A DNA stretch of 64,000 bases, taken from contig JAANOX010000069.1 of the NCBI GenBank assembly GCA_020184695.1, positions 186,001-250,000 of the forward strand. Reading direction: 5' to 3'. The notes beneath the pieces are model-generated. The model worked only from the letters and a program-made list of their open reading frames with translations. It ran no database searches and was not told the origin of the DNA. Source of the stretch: Histomonas meleagridis 2922-C6/04-290x. Its lineage: Eukaryota > Protista > Parabasalia. Positions 47,001 to 59,177 of this stretch are shown here, in pieces (position 1 is the stretch's first letter; the number at the start of each line of letters is the position of its first letter). A program made the position numbers and the translations under genes.

Positions 47001-48193
47001 TTATCATTTCTTCAACATGAAAACATCGAAATATGCACTAAGATATCCATATTTTATATTTTCAAAATATCTTTTTTGTTGATTTTATGTTTCAAAGTTT
47101 TTATTGATGTTAATTATAGGATATTAAAGTGGAATTTTTGAATGAATGCATAAATGGAAATCTTGAAAATGTCAAATCAATTCTTGAGCATAATGGTGTT
47201 TATATTAATGCAAATATTTATTTCATCTATATGATTTTTCAAACAAATATTTGAAAATTATTTTTAGTTTAAACTATATGCAACAGCACTTGTATTAGCA
47301 TCTAAAAATAATAATACAGAAATAGTTAAATTACTTCTTGAACAAGAAGGAATTGATATTAACGCTAAAGATAATATTTATTTTAATAATTTGATATTTC
47401 AAAATAATATTTGGGAATTATTTAAATTATTTGAAACAGCACTTATGGAAGCATCTTATAAAGGTTATACAGAAATAGTTAAATTACTTCTTGAAAAAGA
47501 AGGAATTGATATTAACGCTAAAGATATTTATTTGTTTTATTTGATATTTATTTTAATAATTTTATATTTCATAATAATATATGGAAATTATTTAAATTAT
47601 TTTATACAGCACTTATTAAAGCATCGGAAAAAGGTCATATAAAAATAATTAAATTACTTCTTGAACAAGAAGGAATTGATATTAACGCTAAAGATATTTA
47701 TTTGTTTTATTTGATATTTATTTTAATAATTTGATATTTCAAAATAATATTTGGAAATTATTTAAAATATTTAAAACAGCACTTATTTATGCAACTGAAA
47801 AAGGAAATAAAGAAATCGTTAAATTACTTCTTGAACAAAAAGATATTGATATTAATTTTAAAAATATTTATTTGGTGAGCACAATATTAAAAATAAATAT
47901 TTAAAACTTCAAAATAATATTTGGAAATTATTTAAATGATTTAAAACAGCACTTATTATTTCTGTACTTAAGAACCGACCAGAAATTGTTGAATTATTAC
48001 TTAATCAAGTATATATCGATATAGATATCGAAGATATTTCATTTTTATCTTTAATATTTCAATTTTTGAATTAAAATTATAAAATTTTATTTGGAATTTC
48101 TTATTATTCTTGCGAACAGCACTCCAGATCGCTGTTGAAAAAGGAAATATGGATTTATTATCATTGTTTATTGGAACTGATGAAACGTTTTAA
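44015..48193 (+). CDS. DUF3447/ankyrin-repeat protein D with about 62 inserts (58 resolved; about 1040 codons if removed)
   Basis: Loops include KDEQGKTPL, KDKYGNTAL, KDTLGETAL, KNKDGKTAL, KDNDGETAL, KDDYGYTAL, KDDDGKTAL, KNNKGKTAL and EDNKGRTAL. Stop TAA at 48191-48193. One 77-nt junction (47043-47119 = 4x17+9) has a TGA in a codon slot and is unresolved. Confidence 0.7.
45245..48112 (+). other. Array of about 60 non-canonical 17-nt inserts (locus D)
   Basis: Example at 47693-47778: gat|atttatttgttttattt|gat|atttattttaataattt|gat|atttcaaaataatattt|gga|aattatttaaaatattt|aaa|aca. Confidence 0.85.
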
Positions 48194-49559
48194 ACATTTT
48201 GCTAAACTTTTATAAATCATTAAATAATTAGAATATATATATTGAAAAAATATTTGTAATAATTGAATTAATTTCATTATTTATTTATTTAAATTATCCA
48301 TTTGGTTAAAGAATTCGGTAAGTTCTTTCTTCTTTGTTTCTGCTTCTTTTTCAATCAAAACCAATTACTGTTTTAATTTGTTTTCTTATTCTAATAAATG
48401 TTCATTTTCTTGTTTGAGGAATTTAATTTTTTTTCCCCTTTTGGAGCAAGTTTACTTTCTTTTTGTTTCTTTGCATAACGAATTAAAATTCGTTCATACT
48501 TTGAAAACAAAATATTTGTATTATCAATTGTATTATTAACTTCATTAAGACATTCTTTAAGACTTTCATTCGATTCTTTGGTTCGTTCAATTTTTTTTCC
48601 CCTCCTTGATTTTGTTCAGTTACATCTGTTTTACTTAATGTATAATTATCAAATTTGCATAAAATGTTAACCTTGAAGATCTTAAGTAATTTTGTTGAAT
48701 ATGTTTTGAGGATGCTGATTCTAATCCGAGAAGTATTTCATTGTGTATTGAAATTTAAAAAACATTAATTTCTCGACCACCGAAATTTATTATATCTTCC
48801 CAAGTTGGTAATATGGCGATACTTTGGAATTAGCTATCGTAAAAAGACAAAATGGGAAATTAAAGGCAAAGACCATAAATCCTGTTTCAATAAATGTGAA
48901 TATTTTCTTACATGTTTTTAATGATATGAAATCCAAAACAATTCACACCCCAAAGTCATAATCCCGAGCAGAATTTACCATTTTTTATATATAAATTCAT
49001 CAATTATTTGTTTAGTACAAAGCAAGTAGAATCTGGTGTGTAAACTTTTATCTTAAATTTGTAGTCATAATTTTTTTAAAAAACAGAAAAAAATAAAACT
49101 ATACATAGTTTAATATATTATATTCATTCTAAAAATGAAAAATTATTTCGCTTTGATATCAAATAATCAAACAATTCAATAAGTCTTGCCAATTTAATCT
49201 AATCGAAGGAACCACGCACAAGGACAGTCTTTGCATGTCACTCGTTACCTGATGTTATAACATTTCAGCATTTCCGACATAATTATCCTGTAACAACTTC
49301 AGGTGATTTTGGTTCATCTTTTTTCATCACATACGCTGAAGTTGATGAAATGTCTTTTCGTCCTATTTATAATCTGAACCATCAAATTTAAAACGAGAAT
49401 TTGCGCGTTATTGATGTTCGATTGAATGTAAATTGTACAAAATGCATTTGAGTTTCTTGCTGAAATAGTCGCAAAGCAGTATGCACCATATACTTAACCA
49501 CATTTTCAATTGAAGTCTGCATCTGCAGATCAATCAAAATAAAAATATATAATATGTTT

Positions 49560-52320
49560 AAAAATGAAAAAAATGTATAAAAATATGAATAAAATTTGAA
49601 ATATATAGAATATTGAACAATGATATAATCATAATAAATAATATATGTCGAAATATAATAAGAAATAGAATTATGAAATGAAAGTGAAATCGTGTTTTTC
49701 GAATATATCGTATTTATAGAATTCGTTTGTGTAAATATTAATGAATATGTTAATGCAATAAAATATGTGAAATTATCATCGATACGAAATGAATCTGTAA
49801 ATGTATTTGATAATGTAAATATATTCGATTTAGTAAATGTATTTGATAATGTAAATGTATTCGATTTAGTATAGGGGGAACGGAAATGTTTTATCCTAAA
49901 TATAATAGAATCGAAATAAAAGATTTTAATAATTTTCTTTAGGTTTACTTATGATAGTAGTTACCTTTGTTATTTATCACCCATTGACATCTTTCAATCC
50001 ATTCTTCAAAAACTTTTGCTAAAGTATCCTTTAAAATTTCACACAAAATTTCAGTTATTTTATCGTGCAATTGTTGAAAATCATCGAATTTTTCTCCTTC
50101 TAGTTGATTTTTTAAAAAACCAAATAAAAAGAGATCTGAAGGAGCAAGATCTGGTGAATATGGTGGCTGTGGAGCTCTTTTAAAATCATTAGCAACCAAA
50201 AATTTAGTTGAAGCATTAGAGGTATGGGGAGATGCATTATCGAAATGTAAAACATATGGGTTTTCATTGGGCTTTTTTCTTTGTGGGTATACAATTTGCT
50301 TCAAGGGGTTTAATTATATTATTAATAAAATACTTTGAGTTAAATTTTTCACCATCTTTCATAATATCAACTATAAAAAATTGATCAATATTCCAAAAGA
50401 TAGTTACCATATATTTTATCGTGTCAATTTTTGTATCGATAATTTCAGGTAAATTATCTCTTGATTGTGACCACATATGCTTGTGATCATATGATAAGAA
50501 AAACCATGATTCATCCCCGATTATGATTCTATGAAAACCTGTTCTCTTACTAACTTTTAAGATATCAATAAGCTCAGTTGCTTTTCGCACTCTTTCTTCT
50601 TTCATTTCACATGTCAGTTCATATGGAACCACGCTTAAATTATAATAATGGAAGCCTAATTTATTGAGGTGATCATTTATGGTGGATCGTGGTATAGATA
50701 AGGCCTTCACTTAATGTATATGTCGAATGAAATGGTTCCATTTCGAGTGCAGCCAAAATTTTTGAATCAATGAAATTAAGTATTGGTCTTCCTGGACTTT
50801 GAATGTTTGTTATTTCAGATCTCCCTAATTTAAATTGATGCACCCGATATTTTATGGTATTAATATCGAGTGCATCTTAATGATAAACATCATCTAACTC
50901 TTGTTTAATTTGGCTGAGTTTAAAGCCTTTTCTTTTCAGGAAAAATATGACTGCTCTTTGTTCGACTTCCATACAAATGAAAAATGTTTAAAAAGAATGA
51001 CAATATGAAAGTTCATTTATGACATTTTCTTGATATATAAAATATTTCTGATTTCAAAAATTATATCATTATTATTACAGTCTTTTGTATTTATATATAT
51101 ATAATTTTTATTAAAAAAAAATAAAAGGATCATATTTAGAATAAAACATTTCCGTCCCCCCTATAAATGCATTTGATAACGTAAATGTATTCGATTTAGT
51201 AAATTCATTGCTTTGAGAAAATGTATTTGATGATATAAATGTATTTGATTGAGAAAATATATTTGATTTTGTGAATGTATTTGATAACGTAAATGTGTTC
51301 GATTGAGAAAATGTATTTGATAATGAGAATATATTAGATTTAGAAAATGTATTGCTTTGAGAAAATGTATTTGATTTAGTAAATGTATTTGATAATGTGA
51401 ATGTATTTGATTGAGAAAATGTTTGTGTTGATGGAATGCATTCGTCAATTGTTGTTCCTTTGGAAACACTGAAGCTGTCATATGTGTCACCATTATATGT
51501 CGAAGCCACCATAACAGATGTAACTGTAATACTAGAAAATCCATTTCCAATTGTTGGTGATTCATTACCATTAAAATAAATACATTTAAGTGATGTACAT
51601 AAAGAAAATGCATAATTTCCAATTGTTTTAACATTTTCGCCAATAAAAAGTGTTTCTAAATTAGAACATGAATAAAATGCATAACTTTCAATAGTTTCAA
51701 CATTTTCTTCAAAAATAATCGTTTTGATATTATTACATGATTCAAATGCTCTTTCACATATTGATATAACTGAATTTGGTATTGTAAATACATTTATTAC
51801 ATTTCCTATTGGATAACAAATTAATTTTTCAATATTTTTATCATATAAAATTCCATCATTTTCATAATTAGAATAATATAAATTTTCTTTGGAAATAATA
51901 AATTGAAGTTTTGAACAATATAAAAATGAATTTGTTGATATTGATGTAACTGATTTTGGAATTGCAATGCTTTTGATATTAATACATATGTGAAGTTCAA
52001 AATCATTCTTTGAAAGTTCTTCATAATTTTCAAAAAAAAATATTCATTTGTTGGATTTTGGTGTATATCATAAATATCATCATTATAATGTGCAAAATAT
52101 ATTTCTTTTCTCTTTTGAACAAAATTTGAATCGATTAAATCTTGTTCCAACAACTTTCCAAGGATATAATCTGATTCTTGAAATTTTAAGAGAAGAAGAT
52201 ATTCGCTAAAAATATCAATAATGTTCGGAATGTTTTGATTACTATCTTTTTCATTTTCAGATATTTTTATGAATAAATCAAATTAAATTTTAAATTCTTT
52301 TGTTTTTGATAATATGCATG
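49560..52320 (-). pseudogene. Chimeric DUF3447-N-terminus / BspA-type LRR / SNTF-stalk pseudogene interrupted by a mariner
   Basis: The frame reads ...ENYEELSKNDFELH|ICINIKSIAIPKSVTSISTNSFLYCSKL...TIPNSVISICERAFESC...IGENVKTIGNYAFSLC...SQSNTFTLSNTF, and the repeat resumes beyond the mariner. Indels are present. Confidence 0.65.
49872..51163 (-). mobile_element. Mariner (Tc1/mariner, DD34D) DNA transposon, defective, 1292 bp
   Basis: About 35-bp imperfect TIRs (TAGGGGGAACGGAAATGTTTTATCCTAAATATAAT and its reverse complement at 51129-51163) and a TA duplication (49870-71 / 51164-65). The transposase starts at ATG 50972 with GDESW, HFDNASPH and YSPDLAPSD motifs (34-aa spacing), but has in-frame stops and a frameshift near 50300. 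Confidence 0.92.
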
Positions 52321-53227
52321 ATTATATAAAACGACGAATAATTATAGTACCGGATTTTCGAAAATCTATCCATCGGCCGGTAATTTCTGTCCGAAAAATA
52401 ACCGTTTATATAATATCATAAACGGTTTATCATTCTTTCATAAAATAAAATATCATTAACGGTCGGTATCATATTTTGACACACGTAAAGCACTCAAATC
52501 ATATTATACAAAAGACAAAAAGAGAAGAAACAATTTCCACATTGAAAATCTTCCAATGACTTCATGTTTATCTGTCGGATAATAGAACATTAAGAACAAA
52601 TTCAAAAATCATTTACTGAAAAAAATCAATTATTTTATATATTTTTCTACCGATTTCTTACCATAATATAAATGAGTTTATTCTTGTTATATTTTAACCT
52701 TCTTTATGTATATATGGTCAAACTTAGTCGAATAAATAAACAGCTGTTTGAAATAATATAAATATTTCCCAAATATCATTTTGAATTAAAGAATAAATAA
52801 ATATGGATCTTTCTGGATTACTTGATATCAAGTAATCTTACTATTTCTATGTGTCGATTTAGAGATGCATTTATAAATATTTTGTAGAAACAAAATATAT
52901 TAGAATGAAATCTAAAATTTTTACTACAAATTTTAGGCCAAACAAATAAATATAACAAAAAACAAATAAAAAATCAACAAAAATGAATACATGATTTGGC
53001 ATATGTCATATCTAATTTTATGCTTAATAGCAAGAAAATATATTTGTACATTGAACTCAATTTAATAATATTCCTTAGGATTTAATTAATAATTTTTCAA
53101 GTGAAATAAACGGTCGTCATAACTATCGTTGTGGGGCACCCCAAACGCCACTTTCCTTAAGCCCAAAAATTTATTCGAGATACAAACTATGGATGTTTAC
53201 TAAAGAACTATTTAATTTCGTATGAAA

Positions 53228-55035
53228 TCAAATGTTTATACGATTATCTTCCACGAAATCTTCTGCAAATGGGTCATCTAAAATATGATTTATTTTAGTT
53301 GCAGTGTAATCATTTGTAGTTTCAGTTTCTATTCCATATTCCGCGTCAATACTTTCAGCCTTTTCTGTTTGCTGTATATTATTTCTTTGATGACGAATAT
53401 ATAAAACGACAACTAAACATATGATCGCAACAACCACAACTATGCATACGACTACGATTATTATTGTAGTTGTATTATTATTATTTTCATTTATATTGTT
53501 GTCTATTGGCATAATCATATAAAATTGTGAATATATTGGATAATACGTTGGATATTTAACAATTGTATATTGATAAACAATGAGTAATGTGTTGGTATAT
53601 GAATAAGTAGAATTATAATTCATTAATGTAAATGTATCAGATAAAACCTGTGTCATACTATGAGTCTCTTCAAATACAATAGAATATGTTATAGTTATGG
53701 AATACGTATATTGTTCATTATACTTTAATGATTCTGTGAATGTATTTGACTTAGAAAATGTGTTTGAATTTGAAAATGTATTTGACTTAGTAAATGTATT
53801 TGAATTTGAAAATGTATTTGACTTAGTAAATGTATTTGAATTTGAAAATGTATTTGATGATGTAAATGTATTTGAGAATGAATTCGATTGTGAGTAAGTG
53901 TTTGACATAGTAAATGTGTTTGAGAATGTATTAGATTGTGAGAACGTGTTCGACATAGTAAATGTGTTAGAAAATGAATTCGATTCGGTGAATGTATTTG
54001 ACTGAGAAAATGAATTTGAATTCGAAAATGTATTCGAATTCGAAAATGAATTTGAATTTGAAAATGTATATGAGTTTGAAAATGTATTTGACTGAGTAAA
54101 TGTATTTGATTGCGTAAAAGTATTCGAAAATGTATTAGATGATGTAAATGTATTTGAAAAAGTATTTGACTTCGTAAAAGTTAAAGTTATCAAATCCATA
54201 GTAATATCACAATTATATATATACCCTGATTATAACAAATTAATTTGAATTACTTCATCTACAGATTGTCCATTTCGAACAACAGATAACGTAATTCCAT
54301 TTGTTAATGTTTATGGATATAATATCATTTTACATCCGATTGTTTGAGAGGCTGTATTAGCAGTGCAAATTTTTGTAATGTCCCAATTATTAACCACATC
54401 TGAATTAACAGCTGCGCTTGCATCATTGTAATATCCTTCATGTTTTATACCACTAATATAAAAAGTATAATCTGTAAGTGTCTGTGATGTAATTTGTGTT
54501 GTGCCAAAATGAATTGTTAAATACAAACGAGCCATTTTTTCTAGAAAGTGTTACAGTTACTGTGTCAGTAGAGGATCGAATTGTGCTTGATTGACCAAAC
54601 ATGTAGTCTAAAGCTTTCATTGTTACTTCGCCATTTTGTTTTCTTGTGTCTGTTATCAATGAATACGGATAGACACAAATTAGATAAAAATATGATGCAG
54701 ATATTTGAACACCGCCTGAAAACATACTTTGTTTAAACAAGCCACTTGAAGAAGAAGTTGTCCATGAAGTTGTAAAGCCATGGTATACCATCACTCATAA
54801 ATTTAACATATATTTGGTCATATGCTTCCCATGAACTATCTGTTGCAAGAGGTTTTCTTAAATGATATTCGTGTTCATTATTTAAATTAAAAAATGAATT
54901 GGTGAGTTTAGATGTTTTGATGATATTGCTAGCAAATTGTAACCAACTTAAATCAAACCTTGCAGTTAAACTTTGTATTTGAGATCTCTGATAAGATGAT
55001 TGAGACAGTACTCGTGCTAGAAACAGAAGAATCAT
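53228..55035 (-). pseudogene. Type-I membrane surface protein (signal peptide, ectodomain, SNTF stalk, TM, acidic tail) with several frameshifts
   Basis: MILLFLARVLS signal-like start; consecutive ORF pieces 54733-55035, 54453-54794, 54311-54535 and 53228-54199; TM IIIVVVCIVVVVAIICLVVVLYI; tail DDPFAEDF. Confidence 0.65.
53720..54190 (-). repeat. 18-nt-unit tandem repeat encoding S-N-T-F-[ST]-x
   Basis: Repeated aaatgtatttga[ac]ttagt / gaaaatgtatttga units on the + strand. Confidence 0.85.
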
Positions 55036-56345
55036 GATGTACTACTAGGATTAATACTTGAGGTTAATATTTGGAAAAAGTTCCTTGTGGCAAACAACGC
55101 AAAAGCAGACGACAAATTTTGAGCCTAAAACTGAAATTGACATAAGGGACCATGCAGCTTGTTTTGAATATAATCTGACCGAGTGAGCTTTTGAATTGGC
55201 CTTGGTCATTACTTTGCTCAAAAGATTTTTGAAAAATGTGAGAGCAAAACGGTTTCAGTTATGTACACTTGAAAAAGTTATTTACAACAGTTCAATTTTA
55301 GATTGCAATTTTTTTGTGAGACTGAAAATTGTGTTAAACAAGTCAAATCATGATTTTTCAGGTTTTATCGTTTTTTATATATTCAAAAAAAATGTAAAGT
55401 TTTCTATTGATTTCAAGGTATTCAATTTGAACTCACATTGTGAAGATTTATTATAAAAAGAAAACTAGAGCAATATACATGATCAAATGATGCCAACTTA
55501 ATTCTTTAGAACTTCAATTATAAAGTATTACAATAAAAATTGTTGACATATATATCATATCAATTATCTTTATTTTAATTTAATAATATATCATAATTAT
55601 ATTATTCACATCAATAACTACTATAATCATCAAAAAATTAGTGTATTAAAACTTGATTTTGGGAAATTGTTACTTGATCAAGCCAATATTGGAGTTGGTC
55701 TCCTCCCCGTTATTTTTGAACTTCGCAATCCAAAACTATGAATATCACTTATTTCATTTGTTTGTTTACGATTTGAATATATATAAAGTTTATCAATTTA
55801 TCTTTTTCATTTATAGAAGATTTTTTGTCTATAGGAACTTGAAAACATGTCCTTTGACTTTGTTGGCTTGATTTTTTTTTGCTGAATTATTCGAATCATC
55901 AGAACTTGATTCCAAAAAAGTAATCTTCAATAATAATATTAAAGAATGTTTCACAGGTTCATTCATGTTTTCTTTCCTTTAATTCAAAAATAATTTTTTC
56001 TACATCAAGTAATATTCGAATAATTTCATTAGTTTCGGTTGTTTTGTTCTGTCTCCTCAACAAAAATGCTCTTTACGTAAACTTTTCAAAAACAAATAAA
56101 TGTGTCAGGCGGTTCGAAGATTTTAATGCACACAAAATTCTTAACACAATCAATCAATTTGAATGCAATTCACGGTTAACCGCATGCCTGAGCTGATTTG
56201 GGCCTCGCGACTTGTTATACTTTTCAAAAAATAAATAACTACAAATACATTTTAATAACATCTGTATATTTTTTTTTTGGTCGACAGACGCTGTCACTTT
56301 TGCAGGGCACCCGAAATGGGTCCCGAACACTTTCCCGTAAACTGG

Positions 56346-58445
56346 TCAAACATCTTCGTTTTGTTGTTTTGCCATTATATTCCTATTTAAGCTTGCTGCC
56401 TGACTTTTAGCGTTTTCTATCCATTTATTCAAAATATCGTCACCCCTCAATAATACTTCTCTTTGTTCGTCGGACATATCAGCAATTCTTGAGTCGTATA
56501 ATTCTGCGTCAATTCCCATATTCCAAATTTTGTTTAGTATTTTCCTCTCCAAATGATTACTTTGAGCAAATTTCTTATTTTTATTTTTGTTTTTTGCTTG
56601 ATCTTTCGGCACATAAGTTGAAGCGTGTACTTGCTTCCCTTTATATATATTATAGATTGATTCTTCTATAGCCCGCTTTGCGCCTTCGATCGATGAGAAA
56701 TATATAAACCCAATCGCTAATTCTTTTTTTGACTCGATTTTGATATATATTGATTGGATTTCGCCACACGACGAAAACATTTTCTTCAGTCTGTTACGTA
56801 TGAATGACGGACTGGAGACATGGCTATATAAGCGGATGTATACGTTTTGATCTTTACAAAAGTTTTCGTCATGTATGTTGATATTATTGTTATTATTTTT
56901 GTTTTGCTTGTTTTTGACCTTTTGTGTTCCATTATGATTTGGATTCATCTGTTGATTCATGTTTACGTTTGCGAATTGTGGATTCACATTAATAAATTGA
57001 AGTGTTTGCATGGGCTGGTTGTTGTATATGAATGGATTTAGGTTGAACTGTTGGTTTGGAATTTGTTGCTGATTAATATTCATAAATTGTTGTTGATTTG
57101 GAATTTGTTGGTTATTTACATATTGCTGATTTGGAATTTGTTGGTTATTTACATATTGCTGATTTGGAATTTGTTGCTGATTAATATTCATAAATTGTTG
57201 TTGATTTGGAATTTGTTGGTTATTTACATATTGCTGATTTGGAATTTGTTGGTTATTTACATATTGCTGATTTGGAATTTGTTGGTTATTTACATATTGC
57301 TGATTTGGAATTTGTTGGTTATTTACAAATTGTTGATTTGGAATTTGTTGCTGCATTAAAAACTGTTGACCTTTCATCATAGTCTGTGGGCTCGTGTTGA
57401 ATTGTTGATTTGGAATTTGCTGATTATTATTTATAAATTGATTTGGATTTAATTGTTGATTCGGCATAATAATCTGTGGGTTCATATTAAATTGTTGATT
57501 AGTATTTACATATTGCTGATTTAGAATTTGCTGTTGGTTATTCATATATTGTTGTGAAACAATAGTCTGCGGCTTCATATTAAATTGTTGTTGATTTTTA
57601 ACATTCCCTTTTAGGTTTGGATTTAATTGTTGGTTTGGCCTTATGAATTGGATGCTTGCCTTCGGTTGTTGACTAGGCTTTATGATTTGTAAATTCGATT
57701 TTGATTGATTCGGTTTTGCACTTTTTGGATTTTTATGCTTTACATTGACACATTGATTTTGGTCAACAAAACAAGGACTTGTGTTTATATTGACACTTAC
57801 GCTAACGTGGGTGGTTTGATTAAGCTGTTGTTTTTTCTTTGTGGGTTGCAAATTTTGATTTTGATTTATCGTAAATTGAGGTTCCATATATTCTTCTTCG
57901 CCATACCCATCGGTACCCATGAGTTGAAGGTTTGTGCCTTGAAATTGCATTTGATTTATTTGTTGATTTGGATTTATAATTTGTTGATTTGTACTAGAAG
58001 GCTGAGGAATTAAATTAACCTTTTGATTAGAAGGCATGAGTTGTTGGCTTATATTCATTAATTGAGGTTGATTTAAATATTGTAAATTTAAATTTGCTTG
58101 ATTCAAGAATTGAGGGTTTGCATTTAATTGCTGAACGGAGTTTATTCCTGAGTATGATTCTAATTGCTGGAATTGGTTTAATTGCTGATTTGCATTAACA
58201 AATTGTGACTGTGGTTGAATTATTTGATTTGAATTTAAAGATTGTGGATTTGAGTTAAAAAATCGGATAGATTGATCTGGTACTAATATTTGTGAATTCG
58301 TATCTAATTGTTGATTAACATTCATGCCCACAGAATGTTGTGAGTTTGAAACCGGATCCATCAAAATGCCTGTTTCTATGAATTGATTTTGATTTATAAA
58401 ACGAGGTACATTTTGATTTGACAAATTTTGTGGATTTCTATTCAT
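56346..58445 (-). CDS. Q/N-rich low-complexity protein with a C-terminal RRM
   Basis: Long Q/N/P tract, then VYIRLY...KKMFSSCGEIQSIYI...AIGFIYFSSIEGAKRAI. Confidence 0.8.
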   Translation of the reverse strand: MNRNPQNLSNQNVPRFINQNQFIETGILMDPVSNSQHSVGMNVNQQLDTNSQILVPDQSIRFFNSNPQSLNSNQIIQPQSQFVNANQQLNQFQQLESYSGINSVQQLNANPQFLNQANLNLQYLNQPQLMNISQQLMPSNQKVNLIPQPSSTNQQIINPNQQINQMQFQGTNLQLMGTDGYGEEEYMEPQFTINQNQNLQPTKKKQQLNQTTHVSVSVNINTSPCFVDQNQCVNVKHKNPKSAKPNQSKSNLQIIKPSQQPKASIQFIRPNQQLNPNLKGNVKNQQQFNMKPQTIVSQQYMNNQQQILNQQYVNTNQQFNMNPQIIMPNQQLNPNQFINNNQQIPNQQFNTSPQTMMKGQQFLMQQQIPNQQFVNNQQIPNQQYVNNQQIPNQQYVNNQQIPNQQYVNNQQIPNQQQFMNINQQQIPNQQYVNNQQIPNQQYVNNQQIPNQQQFMNINQQQIPNQQFNLNPFIYNNQPMQTLQFINVNPQFANVNMNQQMNPNHNGTQKVKNKQNKNNNNNINIHDENFCKDQNVYIRLYSHVSSPSFIRNRLKKMFSSCGEIQSIYIKIESKKELAIGFIYFSSIEGAKRAIEESIYNIYKGKQVHASTYVPKDQAKNKNKNKKFAQSNHLERKILNKIWNMGIDAELYDSRIADMSDEQREVLLRGDDILNKWIENAKSQAASLNRNIMAKQQNEDV
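57050..57350 (-). repeat. 33-nt tandem repeat encoding NNQQIPNQQYV
   Basis: Repeated atttggaatttgttggttatttacatattgctg on the + strand. Confidence 0.85.
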
Positions 58446-58534
58446 GCAAAATTTTTATGGAAGCATGCCCATAATAGGGCACCCCAAATAAATTTTTTGT
58501 TCACATAACATGTCCTGACCAGCAAGACATTCAC

Positions 58535-59170
58535 ATGACTGACTTCGAAAGTGAGGATAATTCTCTTTACGCCCTACCTGAATGGTGGGATAATGAATAC
58601 CACAAGTGTAAAAAAGAAGATGCATATGAATGGTTTACTGGTGCTTATGATGATAATTTAATGCAATTAATTTATTCATTAATTCCTTCAAAAGAATCTT
58701 CAATAATAAATTTGGGGTGCGGAATTTCAAAAATACAAGAAGTTATATACGATAAAGGATTTCATAACATTACAAATATTGATATTTCACCAAAGTGCAT
58801 AGAACTTTGTAAAGAATCTGACACTCGTGGTATGAAGTGGGATGTAGTTGATGTTACAAAACCTTTTCCATATCCAGAAGGATCTTTTGATTTTGCAATT
58901 GACAAAGGAACACTTGATGCATTAATTATAGAAAGATCAGATAAATGGGAAATAGGAGAGGATGTCTATGAAGATGCAGCCAAATATTTCCGCCAAGTTT
59001 ACAAAGTCCTCAAGCCAGGAGGAACTTTCATTCAAATCACATTTGGCCAACCGCACTTTCGGAAACGACTTTTTGAACAAAGTGAGTTCAATTGGACCGT
59101 TAAAGTTCACACACTCCCGCCAACCCGATCGTTCCACTTTTTTGTTTATGAATGTAAAAAGAATGAATAA
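58535..59170 (+). CDS. Class I SAM methyltransferase (EEF1AKMT4/METTL13-N-like)
   Basis: WWDNEY, YEWF, INLGCGIS, AIDKGTLDAL and QITFGQPHFRK motifs. Confidence 0.85.
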   Translation: MTDFESEDNSLYALPEWWDNEYHKCKKEDAYEWFTGAYDDNLMQLIYSLIPSKESSIINLGCGISKIQEVIYDKGFHNITNIDISPKCIELCKESDTRGMKWDVVDVTKPFPYPEGSFDFAIDKGTLDALIIERSDKWEIGEDVYEDAAKYFRQVYKVLKPGGTFIQITFGQPHFRKRLFEQSEFNWTVKVHTLPPTRSFHFFVYECKKNE

Positions 59171-59177
59171 ATACTTT

